A stretch of DNA of 64,000 nucleotides from an uncultured Armatimonadia bacterium (GTDB lineage: Bacteria > Armatimonadota > Zipacnadia > UBA1398): positions 30,857 to 94,856 of the forward strand of contig CAZRDB010000002.1 of assembly GCA_964598695.1 (NCBI GenBank), read 5' to 3'. This document shows positions 43,698 through 53,462 of the stretch, one piece after another (the stretch's first letter is position 1; the number at the start of each line of letters is the position of its first letter). Position numbers and translations under genes: made by a program. Under the pieces are notes generated by a model. The model saw only the letters and a program-made list of their open reading frames with translations, was not told the origin of the DNA and did no database searches.

Positions 43698-45716
43698 ATG
43701 AGCCAGTCCCCCCTCCCTCGTCCCCTCGTGCTGGGGATCGACACCGGCGGCACCTACACCGACGCGGCGCTCCTCGAACGGGCGACCGGCCGGGTCCTGG
43801 CCAGCGCCAAGGCGCTCACGTCCTACCCAGACCCCTCGGCCGGGATCCTGGGCTCCGCCCGTGCCCTCGGCGTCCCCCTCGACCGCGTCGCCCGCGTCTG
43901 CCTCTCCACCACGCTCGCGACCAACGCCCTCGTCGAGGGTCTCGGGGCGCGCGTGGGGCTCCTGCTCCTGGGCTTCAGCCCCGACCTCTTCGCGCGGCCC
44001 GAGTACGCCTGCCGGCTGCCCGACGGTCCGCGCGCCTTCCTCGGAGGGGCGATGACCGCCGCGGGAGCCGAGCTGGCGCCGCTCGACGAGGCCGCCGTCG
44101 CCCGAACCCTCACCGAGTGGCGCGGCCGTGTCGACGCACTCGCCGTCTGCGGGATCTTCGCGACCCGGAACCCGGAGCATGAGCTGCGTGTGCAGGCCCT
44201 GGCGGCCGAGACCATGGCCGTACCCCTGGTCCTGAGCCACGCGATCTCCGACCGACTCGACGCCGTCGCCCGCGCCGCGACCTGCGCCTTCAACGCCCGT
44301 CTGCTGCCGGTCGTACACCGGTTCCTCGACGCGCTGCGGCCAGCGCTGACCCCCCTCGGCCTTGCCGAGGATGTCCCGCTGTTCCTCGTCCGCGGCGACG
44401 GATGCCTGATGACCGAGGACCTCTCGCGGCGCAAGCCGCTCGAGACCTTCCTCTCCGGCCCGGCGGCCTCGGCGATGGGTGCGGCCTACCTCGCTGGGCG
44501 ACAGCGCGCCGTCGTCGTCGACGTGGGCGGCACCACGAGCGACGTGGCGCTCCTCGCCGGCGGCGAGGTGCTGCTCTCGCGCGAGGGAGCGGTCGTCGGC
44601 GGCCTGCAGACCCACATCCCCGGGCTACACGGCACCACTCTGGGGCTCGGCGGCGACAGCCACGTTCGGATCCTGCCCGACGGCTCCCTCGCCGTCGGCC
44701 CCCGCCGGGTCGTCCCCGTCTCACTCGCGACCCGTACGCTGGGCCTTCCGGCCGAGGCGGCCCGGAGCCGCACCGTCTGGCAGCGCGAGGGGTTGCCCGA
44801 CTACGTTGTCGGCACCGGCTGCGAGCTGCCGGACGCCACGCGACTCGAGCAGAGCCTGCTGGAGGCCGTGCGCGAGGGCCCGCTGCCCGTCGAGAAGCTC
44901 GCGAAGCGCCTCGGCCTCGCCTCACCGATCCTCCTGCCCCTCGCCCGCCTGCAGGCACAGCGGGCCGTGCTGCCCATTGGACCGACCCCCACCGACCTCC
45001 TGGCCGCTGTCGGAGAGATCACGCATGTGGACGGCGAGACCGCCCGGAGCGTTGCCGAGCGGCTGGCCGCCAGCCTGGAGGCCACCCCGGAGGAGCTGGC
45101 GGAGCGGCTCCGCGCGACGGTCGGCGCCACCCTCGCGGACGCCGTGGCGCGGACCTGCCTCGCGCGCTCCCACCCGGCCGCGATCTGGGACCGCGGGGCC
45201 GCCACGACGCTCGAGCCGCCGCGGCCCGAGGCCTTCCTCGCCCTGACCGCGCGCCTCGAGACCCCCCTCGTGGGCCTCGGCGCCCCGGCCGGTCGGCTCG
45301 TGCCCCGGGCGGCCGAGCTGCTGGGCACGGCGTGCATCGTCCCGACCGGCGCCGAGGTGGGCGGCGCCGTCGGCGCCGCCGTCGCGTCGGTGCGAGGCGT
45401 GGTCACGGTCACCGTGCGGGCGGCCTACGGGGCTGCCGGAATCAGCCACTACGTGGTACACTCCCGTCTCAAGCCGGAGTTCTTCGAGGAGCGCGAGCCG
45501 GCGCTCGAGCGCGCCCGCCGGATCGCCGAGCGACTCGCCCGCGAGGAGGCCCTCGCCGGCCCGAACGCCGAAGAGGTCACCGTGACCTTCGAGTCGGAGG
45601 AGTCGCTCGCACGCGACGCCGGCGGCTCGGCGCTCTGGCTGGAGTCCTCCATCCGCGCCACCGCTCGGATGGTCGAGCGCCTCGGCGAACCTGACCCGTC
45701 TGGGAGCACGCGATGA
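43698..45716 (+). CDS. Hydantoinase/oxoprolinase-A-like ASKHA-fold ATPase family protein
   Basis: LGIDTGGTYTDAAL and VVVDVGGTTSDVALL are the two ASKHA phosphate-binding motifs of the hydantoinase_A type. 672 aa; no HyuB-like partner nearby. Confidence 0.55.
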   Translation: MSQSPLPRPLVLGIDTGGTYTDAALLERATGRVLASAKALTSYPDPSAGILGSARALGVPLDRVARVCLSTTLATNALVEGLGARVGLLLLGFSPDLFARPEYACRLPDGPRAFLGGAMTAAGAELAPLDEAAVARTLTEWRGRVDALAVCGIFATRNPEHELRVQALAAETMAVPLVLSHAISDRLDAVARAATCAFNARLLPVVHRFLDALRPALTPLGLAEDVPLFLVRGDGCLMTEDLSRRKPLETFLSGPAASAMGAAYLAGRQRAVVVDVGGTTSDVALLAGGEVLLSREGAVVGGLQTHIPGLHGTTLGLGGDSHVRILPDGSLAVGPRRVVPVSLATRTLGLPAEAARSRTVWQREGLPDYVVGTGCELPDATRLEQSLLEAVREGPLPVEKLAKRLGLASPILLPLARLQAQRAVLPIGPTPTDLLAAVGEITHVDGETARSVAERLAASLEATPEELAERLRATVGATLADAVARTCLARSHPAAIWDRGAATTLEPPRPEAFLALTARLETPLVGLGAPAGRLVPRAAELLGTACIVPTGAEVGGAVGAAVASVRGVVTVTVRAAYGAAGISHYVVHSRLKPEFFEEREPALERARRIAERLAREEALAGPNAEEVTVTFESEESLARDAGGSALWLESSIRATARMVERLGEPDPSGSTR

Positions 45717-46423
45717 GCAGCCACGGGAGCCTCGAGTCTCCATCGCCGGCGCCGCCGGGCCAGAGGGCCGGCGACGTCGTTACCGGCCTGTTCGTCGCCG
45801 CGCTGCTCGTCTCCAACGTCATCACCGTCAAGCCGCTCAGCTTGTTCGGCTGGCCGATCGACGCCGGCACCATGCTCTTCCCGATCACCTACATCTTCGG
45901 CGACATTCTCACCGAGGTCTACGGCTACGCCCGGGCCCGGCGGACGATCTGGATCGGGCTCGCCGCCAACCTGCTCCTCGCCCTGTGCTGCCAGATCGCG
46001 GTCGCCCTGCCCGCGGCCGCCGACTGGACCGACCAGGCCGCCTACGCGGCGATCCTCGGCCCCACCAAGCGGATCGTCCTCGCGAGCCTCGCGGCCTACT
46101 GGTGCGGCGAGTTCGCCAACAGCCTCATCCTGGCCAAGCTCAAGGTCGCGACCCGGGGCCGCCATCTGTGGCTCCGCACTATCGGGAGCACGATCGTCGG
46201 GCAGTCGATCGACTCCTTCGTGTTCGTCTTCGGGGCCTTCTGGCACGACTGGCCCGACGGTGTGGTCCGCCAGGTCTTCCTCGCGAATGTCGTGCTCAAG
46301 ACCCTCTACGAGGCCTGTGCGACACCGCTGACCTACGCCGCGGTCGCCTACCTCAAGCGCCTCGAGGGCATCGACGTCTACGATCGCCGCACCCGCTTCT
46401 CGCCCTTCCGGTTCTCGGCCTAG
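45713..46423 (+). CDS. yhhQ: Queuosine-precursor transporter YhhQ/DUF165 (VUT family)
   Basis: VSNVITVKPLSLFGWPIDAGTMLFPITYIFGDILTEVYGY is the hallmark YhhQ segment. ATGA overlap with the upstream gene. Confidence 0.7.
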   Translation: MSSHGSLESPSPAPPGQRAGDVVTGLFVAALLVSNVITVKPLSLFGWPIDAGTMLFPITYIFGDILTEVYGYARARRTIWIGLAANLLLALCCQIAVALPAAADWTDQAAYAAILGPTKRIVLASLAAYWCGEFANSLILAKLKVATRGRHLWLRTIGSTIVGQSIDSFVFVFGAFWHDWPDGVVRQVFLANVVLKTLYEACATPLTYAAVAYLKRLEGIDVYDRRTRFSPFRFSA

Positions 46424-46488
46424 AGGCATCGGCGGGCGCCCGCGGAACCTTCTCCGCAACTCATCCCGCACCGCGATGGAGGTGTCCC

Positions 46489-47037
46489 ATGCCCCTGGCC
46501 GGCCCGGAACGGTCCGCGCTGCTCGTCATCGACATCCAGGAGCGCTTCGCGCCACACATCCACGAGTACGAGCGGGTTCTGGCTCGAAGTGCCCGGATGA
46601 TCCACGCGGCGCAGGAGCTGGGCGTGCCCATCGTCGTCACCGAGCAGTACCCGAGGGGATTGGGGGCCACCGTGCTCGAGATCCGCTCGGCGCTGCCCGA
46701 GTACTGCACCCCGATCGAGAAGACCTCGTTCAGTTGCTTCGGCGCGCCCGCGTTTGCCGAGCGCCTCGAGGCCACCGCGATCGACACGTTGTTCCTCGTG
46801 GGCATCGAGTGCCATGTCTGCGTGCTGCAGACCGCCATCGAGGCACTCGACCGCGGCCTGGCCGTCCACGTGCTGCGGGACGCGGTCGGCGCGCGCCACA
46901 TCGAGAACGCCGACGCCGGCTTCGACCGCATGGCGCGGGCCGGTGCGGTGCTCAGCACCACCGAGATGGCGATCTTCGAACTCCTGCGCGACTCCGGGCA
47001 TCCCGCGTTCCGGAGCGCACAGGCGCTCGTCAAGTAG
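46489..47037 (+). CDS. Isochorismatase-family (cysteine hydrolase) protein
   Basis: ALLVIDIQERF...VVTEQYP...LFLVGIECHVCVLQTA carries the catalytic Cys. ATG at 46489 (residue 169 of the track ORF) with ggaggtg upstream. Confidence 0.7.
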   Translation: MPLAGPERSALLVIDIQERFAPHIHEYERVLARSARMIHAAQELGVPIVVTEQYPRGLGATVLEIRSALPEYCTPIEKTSFSCFGAPAFAERLEATAIDTLFLVGIECHVCVLQTAIEALDRGLAVHVLRDAVGARHIENADAGFDRMARAGAVLSTTEMAIFELLRDSGHPAFRSAQALVK

Positions 47038-47082
47038 GCTCATGGCCCGCACGGGCTGCCCATCGAGAGAGGAAGAGGCTCC

Positions 47083-50061
47083 ATGACCTTCCGCCGATCG
47101 CGTCGCGCGATCCCGCTGCTCGTCCTGCTGCTACTCGGCCCCGTTGCCGCCTGCGTCCACGCCGCTCCGCTGCGAGCCCTGCTGCTCTCCGGGCAGAACA
47201 ACCATGACTGGCGCTCGACGACGCCTTTCCTCGAGCAGCAGCTCGAGGCGACTGGCCGGTTCGACGTCGACGTCACCAACGAGCCCGGGACGCTGACCCT
47301 CGCCGACTTCCGCCGTTACGACGTGTTGGTCAGCAACTACAACGGCGACGCCTGGAGCGAGACAACCAACGCGGCCTTCCTGCAGTACCTCACGGAAGGA
47401 GGCGGCCTGGTCGTCATCCACGCCGCCGACAACGCCTTCCCGGGCTGGGCGGAGTGGGAGAGCCTCATCGGTTGCGCCTGGCGGGCGGGCACGGGCCACG
47501 GCGCCCAGCATCGCTATGTCGTGGCCCTCACCCGACCCGACCACCCGATCCTCCGCGGCATCCCGCACTACCTCCACGCGCAGGACGAGCTGTACCACAA
47601 ACTCCTGTGGGCGCCCGACTCGCAAGCCGAGGTCATCGGGGAGGCCTACTCGCGGCCCGATACCGGCGGCACCGGCGCCTACGAGCCCATGCTGATCGTC
47701 AACACCTGGGGCCGAGGCCGGATGTTCCACACCGCCATGGGCCACGACAATGCCTCCCTCGGCGACCCGCGCGATGCGCTGATCCTCGCCCGTGGCGCCG
47801 AGTGGGCCGCTACCGGCCGCGTCACCATCCCGGTGCCGCCCGACCTGCCCCGGGACGTGCAGACGGGCGGGGCGACCGCCGACGAGACCGCGGCAAGCTG
47901 GCAGGCACTCGGCCTCGATGCCGCCCTCGCGGAGCGGATCGCCTCCGCCGCCACCCCCGCCGAGACCGCAAAGGCCCTCGCCGACGCGATCGCCGCGGGC
48001 GACGGTGCGGCCCGGGTCGCCGCCCGCCAGCAGATCGTCGGCCTGGGCCTCGACGCGTTGGCGCCGCTGCTCGCTCTGTACCGCGAGCGGCAGGAGCTGC
48101 GCATGGCGGCCGGAGCCGACCTCCAGGTCGTGGCCGGCCTTGCCTCCCGAGACCGTGAGGCCGCCAAGGCCGTCGCCGCATGGGCCGGCCCGCTGCTCTT
48201 CGCCGGCGCCGAGACCGGCCTGCCCCAGGTCATCACCCGCATGCTCGGCCTCGCGGGCTCGCCCGTCGCCATCGACGCGCTGAAGGCAACACTCGCCGAT
48301 CGCCCGCTCACCGATGAGGAACTCCAGGCGGTCGTCGCCTTCGCCGGCGGCGAGCAGTCGCGGCAGGAGGTCCTCGCGGGGCTCGCGGCGGTGGACTCCG
48401 GGGAAGCCCTGGAGGCCCTGGGCCGGATCCCCGGCTCGATGGCGACGGCGGCGCTCGTGCAGTATCTCCGTGAGGCGCCCGCGGCGAGCCAGCCGAAGGT
48501 GCTGGAGGTTCTTGCCGAGCGGGGCGACGTCACCGCCGTGAAGCGGATCGCCGAGGCCGCCCGCAGCCAGGATGTCGGCGTTGCCGCGGCCGCCGTGCGC
48601 GCCCTGGGCGCGCTGACGGGCGAGGAGGCCATCGAGGCCTTGGCGGATGCGCTCCACCACGAGCAGCCGCTGGTGAAGGCCTGTGCCGCGATCTCCCTGC
48701 TCGAGCAGGCGCGTGCCCTGGCCGAGGCCGGTACGCCGGAGGCGGCCCTCGTCGCCGTGCGGGCCGTCCTGGCCGCGAGCCCGAGCGATGCCGACGCCTC
48801 CGCCGCCGCCCGTGTGCTGGGCGCCGTGAACACCACCGAGGCGTTCTCGCTCCTCCGCGACCTTGCGGAGTCGGGCGCGCCGTCCGTCCGCATCGCGGCT
48901 GCCGAGGCGCTCGGCGCGATCACCGCGACCGACCCGGAGCCGACGCTTCTGGTGCTCACCGCCGCCCCGTCCGAGGACCTCGTCCGTGCCGTGCTGCCCG
49001 TCCTCGGCGACCGGGGCACCGCCGCCGCGATCGACCGTCTCTCGGCGATCTGCCACGACGAGCGACGGAGCATGGAGGTCCGCGCCGCCGCCGCGACCGC
49101 GATCGGCCGCGCGCCGAACAAGATGGCCGTCAACGCGCTCCTGAAGCTGGTTGACGCATGGAGCCCCGACGCCGTGCACGCGGCGGCCTTCGCCGCCCTG
49201 CTGGGCGTCGGTCGGTCGCTCGCCGCCACCGATCCCGCCGCCGCCTGCGACAGCGCCCGGTGGCTGTGCTACACCGCCCGCACGAGTAGCCAGAAGGCCC
49301 AGGGGCTGCACCTGGCCGGCGACGCCTACTGCGACCGGACCGTAGGCCTCTTCCACACCGTGGTCCGCAACGCGCTCACCGAGCTGACCGGCGACGACCT
49401 CGCCGGCGCGGCCCATGCGGCCGTAGCCGTCGCGACCGGCCTCCTGGAAGAGGGCAAGACCGCCGACCTCGAGAGCCTCTGCCTCCTGGTGCTCGGGAAG
49501 GCGCCGGGAGAGCCCTACGCGCGACAGATCGCCGAGAAGCTCGCCCAGTCGGGCAGCACGGTCAGCGTCGCGGCCCTCCAGGGCTTCGTGACCCGCTGGC
49601 AGATCATCGGCCCCTTCGCGAACGACAACGGCGACGCGTTCGAGACGGCGTACCCGCCCGAGGAGAGGATCGACCTCGGCGCGACGCTCGTCTCCGATGG
49701 CCGCGAGCTGACCTGGAAGGCCTTCGAGAGCGCCGATGCGCTTGGACGGGTGAACCTGCGCGAGGTGGTCGCCCCCCGGGACAACGTCGTCGCCTACGCC
49801 TTCGCTGAGATCACGGCCCCGGCGGCGATGGACGCGCTCGTGAAGCTGGGCTCCGACGATGGAATCGTCGCCTGGGTCAACGGCGAGAAGGTCCACGCCC
49901 TCGACGCCGCGCGGCCCGTTACGGTCGACCAGGACGTGGTGCGCGTCCACCTCGAGCCCGGCGCCAACGCGCTGCTGCTCAAGATCCTCCAGGGCTCCGG
50001 CGATTGGGGCTTCTGCTGCCGCGTGACCGACACCGACGGCCACCCGCTCCGGGCCGAGTAG
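47083..50061 (+). CDS. Secreted multidomain protein: N-terminal ThuA-like (class-I glutamine-amidotransferase-like) domain, central HEAT/PBS-lyase repeats, C-terminal beta-sandwich
   Basis: Signal peptide MTFRRSRRAIPLLVLLLLGPVAACVHA. ThuA-like RALLLSGQNNHDW...YDVLVSNYNGDAW...GGGLVVIHAADNAF. Repeated ...AL(G/A)xLxxxEAxEAL... HEAT-like units. C-terminus ends GDWGFCCRVTDTDGHPL. Confidence 0.6.
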   Translation: MTFRRSRRAIPLLVLLLLGPVAACVHAAPLRALLLSGQNNHDWRSTTPFLEQQLEATGRFDVDVTNEPGTLTLADFRRYDVLVSNYNGDAWSETTNAAFLQYLTEGGGLVVIHAADNAFPGWAEWESLIGCAWRAGTGHGAQHRYVVALTRPDHPILRGIPHYLHAQDELYHKLLWAPDSQAEVIGEAYSRPDTGGTGAYEPMLIVNTWGRGRMFHTAMGHDNASLGDPRDALILARGAEWAATGRVTIPVPPDLPRDVQTGGATADETAASWQALGLDAALAERIASAATPAETAKALADAIAAGDGAARVAARQQIVGLGLDALAPLLALYRERQELRMAAGADLQVVAGLASRDREAAKAVAAWAGPLLFAGAETGLPQVITRMLGLAGSPVAIDALKATLADRPLTDEELQAVVAFAGGEQSRQEVLAGLAAVDSGEALEALGRIPGSMATAALVQYLREAPAASQPKVLEVLAERGDVTAVKRIAEAARSQDVGVAAAAVRALGALTGEEAIEALADALHHEQPLVKACAAISLLEQARALAEAGTPEAALVAVRAVLAASPSDADASAAARVLGAVNTTEAFSLLRDLAESGAPSVRIAAAEALGAITATDPEPTLLVLTAAPSEDLVRAVLPVLGDRGTAAAIDRLSAICHDERRSMEVRAAAATAIGRAPNKMAVNALLKLVDAWSPDAVHAAAFAALLGVGRSLAATDPAAACDSARWLCYTARTSSQKAQGLHLAGDAYCDRTVGLFHTVVRNALTELTGDDLAGAAHAAVAVATGLLEEGKTADLESLCLLVLGKAPGEPYARQIAEKLAQSGSTVSVAALQGFVTRWQIIGPFANDNGDAFETAYPPEERIDLGATLVSDGRELTWKAFESADALGRVNLREVVAPRDNVVAYAFAEITAPAAMDALVKLGSDDGIVAWVNGEKVHALDAARPVTVDQDVVRVHLEPGANALLLKILQGSGDWGFCCRVTDTDGHPLRAE

Positions 50062-50091
50062 GCGACAGCCCGAAGCAACGCGGGCGTCGTA

Positions 50092-50122
50092 CGGGCGGGC
50101 CGCCGCGAGGCGTTCCCGCCCG
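50092..50122 (+). terminator. GC-rich stem-loop (8-bp stem cgggcggg/cccgcccg) between convergent genes
   Basis: Located in the 68-nt gap between the 50061 stop and the Xer stop at 50130. There is no U-tract, and a second weak hairpin lies at 50064-50088. Confidence 0.35.
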
Positions 50123-50129
50123 TCGCGCC

Positions 50130-51029
50130 CTACCGAGCCCGCGGGTGGCTGAGGTCGTACTGCTCGCGCAGGAACTCCGTGGTCACGTGGGTGTAGATCT
50201 CGGTCGTCGCGAGGCTCGCGTGGCCGAGCATCTCCTGGATCTCCCGCAGCCCGGCCCCGCCTTCGAGCAGGTGCACGGCGAAGCTGTGCCGCAGCGTGTG
50301 CGGGCTCACGGCGCGCGGGTCGAGCCGGGCGTCCTGCGCGGCGCGCTTGACCAGCCGGAAGACGCCGCTGCGGGAGTAGCGGCAGCCCTTGCCGGAGAGG
50401 AACAGCGCCGGCTCCTCCCTGCTGCGGCAGAAGTGCGGCCGCGCCCGCTCGAGATACGCGGCGCAGCGCTCGAGCGCGACGCGACCGAGCGGTACCCACC
50501 GCTCCTTGTCTCCCTTGCCGAAGCAGCGGAGGAAGCCGCTCCGGAAGTCCACGTCCGCGAGGTCGAGGCCGCACAGCTCCGAGACGCGCGTCCCACTCGC
50601 GTAGAGGAACGTGAGCAGCGCGCGGTCCCGCACGAGCGGCGGCGTCTCGCCTTCGCGGCTCGCGAGCAGGGCCTTCACCTCGTCGATGCTCAGGAAGCCG
50701 GGGAGCCGCTTGCCCCGGCGCGGCAGCGGGATCTCGGCCGAGGGATCCTCGTCGGCGATCCCCTCGCGCACGAGGTGACGGAACAGGCCGCGGACCGCCG
50801 CCAGCCGGCGCACCACCGTCGCGGTCGCCTCGCCCCTCTCGGCCAGCTCCGCCACGAAGGCCTGGAGGGCCGAGGGGCTCACCTCGCTCGGTCGTGTCGT
50901 GCCGCGCTCCTCGAGCCACCCCACCAGCAGGGCAAGGTCGCCGCCGTACGCGGCGAGGGTGTGCGCCGAGAAGCCGCGCTCCACCGCGAGGGTGTCGAGG
51001 TAGACCTGTACCGAGTCGTCGAGCAGCAT
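50130..51029 (-). CDS. Tyrosine site-specific recombinase, XerC/XerD family
   Basis: MLLDDSVQVYLDTLAVERGFSAHTLAAYGGDL is an Xer-type N-terminus. C-terminal catalytic motifs are ARVSELCGL (R), HTLRHSFAVHLLEGG (H-x-x-R), LGHASLATTEIYTHV (H...Y). Start chosen at M32 of the track ORF; M25 at 51050 is an alternative. Confidence 0.8.
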   Translation of the reverse strand: MLLDDSVQVYLDTLAVERGFSAHTLAAYGGDLALLVGWLEERGTTRPSEVSPSALQAFVAELAERGEATATVVRRLAAVRGLFRHLVREGIADEDPSAEIPLPRRGKRLPGFLSIDEVKALLASREGETPPLVRDRALLTFLYASGTRVSELCGLDLADVDFRSGFLRCFGKGDKERWVPLGRVALERCAAYLERARPHFCRSREEPALFLSGKGCRYSRSGVFRLVKRAAQDARLDPRAVSPHTLRHSFAVHLLEGGAGLREIQEMLGHASLATTEIYTHVTTEFLREQYDLSHPRAR

Positions 51030-51124
51030 GGCCGCGTTCGCTCCCGCCATGGTAACGGCGCGTGTGCGGGGCGGGATCGAAGGAGATCCATGCCGCGCGG
51101 AGGAAAGTGCATGCGGGTGCAACT

Positions 51125-51969
51125 ATGTTCGGTGTTTCGGGGCTGCCCTGTCCGGCAGGGTTCGAAGTGGTCCCGCCCGAGCGTCAGCGGGGCACGGAGA
51201 GTCTCGTCCTCCGCTCGGGGCCACCGTGCGTTGTTCCCGAGGTCTGGTTCCTGCGGCGCGGGCGGTGCGCGGTCGCGGTCTCCCTGCGCGAGACCCCCGC
51301 GGCGATCCTGCTCGAGCCCCTCGGCCCCAAGGTGACGCTCGCTCTCCACGGGCGCCCCGAGTCGCGGGGCGTCTGGGAGTTCCTGCAGCAGGTCGATGAG
51401 GGCGTCGGCTTCGTCGTGCCCTGCGAGCTGGAGGCTCTCGTCGGAGCCGTGCGGCGCAGTCCCGGGATCTTGCGGATGCGCGTTCTCTCGGGTAGCCTGC
51501 TCCGGCCCGGGCCCGCTCCGAGCGCCCCCGGGCGGCGGGTCCCGCTCGGGCCGGCCGATCTCGACGCGTTGGCCGCAGTCCCGGCAGAGGGACTCGGGTA
51601 TCTCGAGTGCTACGAATCGCTCGAGCGGTTCCTGGCGGAGCCCTTCCCGGGCGTCGCGAGCTGGCTCGGCGATGAGATCGTCGGCTTCGCCGTCGTCTAC
51701 GCGCGCGCGGAGCCGTGGGTGGAAGTGGCCGTCTACACCCGGCCGGACCACCGGCGGCAGGGCCATGCCACCGCGGCATCGGCTGCCTGTCTGCAGGAGG
51801 TCGTCCGGCGTGGCGGGGACCCGGTCTGGACCGCGGTCGACGAGGAGTCGCGCCGCATGGGCCTGCGGCTTGGGCTGATGCCGGCCGGCGAGAGACTGTA
51901 TGTGGAGTTCGACCGTCCGTCACGAGTGCGGCGGGAGCCGATGGCGGGCACGATGGGAGAGGCGGAGCC

Positions 51970-51973
<4 letters not shown>
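51125..51973 (+). CDS. Hypothetical protein with C-terminal GNAT-like acetyltransferase fold
   Basis: C-terminal ...[52 protein letters not shown] resembles a GNAT motif A/B arrangement. Start uncertain: ATG at 51125, or the track ORF start at 51062. Confidence 0.45.
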
Positions 51974-52557
<584 letters not shown>

Positions 52558-52568
52558 AGAGGCCTCCG

Positions 52569-53441
52569 ATGGCACTCGCGCGCGCCATCACCGTGGCCGG
52601 ACTCCTCCTGTGCCTCGCGGGGGCATGGGTGCTGGGCGACGGCGCGTGGGGCGCCCTCGGCAGCCTTCTCCTCGCCGCGACAGGCGTCTCGCTCGTCGCC
52701 CTCGCCCTGCCCGTCGTGCTGATCGGGTGCCGGACGCGCCGGCTGTCGCGAGGCGAGGTTCTGCTGCGCTGCGAGCACCCGCTCCCCGAGGAGGCGGCGC
52801 GCGAGCTGTTCCGCCTCGTCGATCTGGTCCGCGGCCGTCTGGCCGCAACCCTCGGCGGCCTCGACGAGGGCCGGTGCGAGGTGTGGATCTGCGCCGGCGA
52901 GGGTGCGGCCGAGGCCGTCCTGCGGGCTCGAGCGGTCGGAGTGGGGCGCCTCGGCGCCGCCATTTGCCCGATCCCGGAGGCCTGCCTCGCGCGCCCGCAC
53001 GAACTTCCGTTCCGGCTCAGCGAGCCGCTCGCGCGCAACGCCGCCCAGGGCCTCCGTGGACGCCTACGCGGCTGCCTGCTCGAGGGCATGGTCGAGTGGC
53101 TTGCCGTGGTTGGCGCGATGCCCAGTGGGGTGCGGCGGAGAGTGGCGCTTCACGCCGAGGCTGCCCGCCTCTCGCTCAGTGGCCCCGCCGCCGAGCGCTG
53201 GTGCGACGCGGCGAGCCGGAGGGAGTTGCCCGCCGAGGAGCGCCGGGCGCTCTCCCGGAGCTTCACGGGCTTCCTGGTCCAACGCTATGGGATCGGAGCC
53301 TACCTGCGGTTCCTCGCGGAGGCCGACCGCAACCCACCGCATGTCGCTCTGCTGCTCGCCTACCGGCGTACGCCGCGCGAGCTGGAGCTGCGGTGGCGGG
53401 CGTTCCTCGAGGCCGGCTCGGGCCGGGTCGCGCGGCCGTAG
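52569..53441 (+). CDS. Hypothetical membrane-anchored protein (two N-terminal TM helices, Arg/Leu-rich soluble domain)
   Basis: 290-aa ORF, 11 nt after the previous stop. TM helices AITVAGLLLCLAGAWVL and LLLAATGVSLVALALPVVLI. GC3-biased codons. Confidence 0.45.
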   Translation: MALARAITVAGLLLCLAGAWVLGDGAWGALGSLLLAATGVSLVALALPVVLIGCRTRRLSRGEVLLRCEHPLPEEAARELFRLVDLVRGRLAATLGGLDEGRCEVWICAGEGAAEAVLRARAVGVGRLGAAICPIPEACLARPHELPFRLSEPLARNAAQGLRGRLRGCLLEGMVEWLAVVGAMPSGVRRRVALHAEAARLSLSGPAAERWCDAASRRELPAEERRALSRSFTGFLVQRYGIGAYLRFLAEADRNPPHVALLLAYRRTPRELELRWRAFLEAGSGRVARP

Positions 53442-53462
53442 GCCGGGGAGGGGCTGGGAGCA

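Noticed and set aside
50130-51029. The Xer-family recombinase as a mobile-element integrase
   Set aside because: There is no adjacent excisionase, phage, conjugation or transposase gene. No direct repeats or att-like duplications are recognisable, and no tRNA lies nearby. More likely the chromosomal XerC/XerD paralog; kept as a low-interest finding only.
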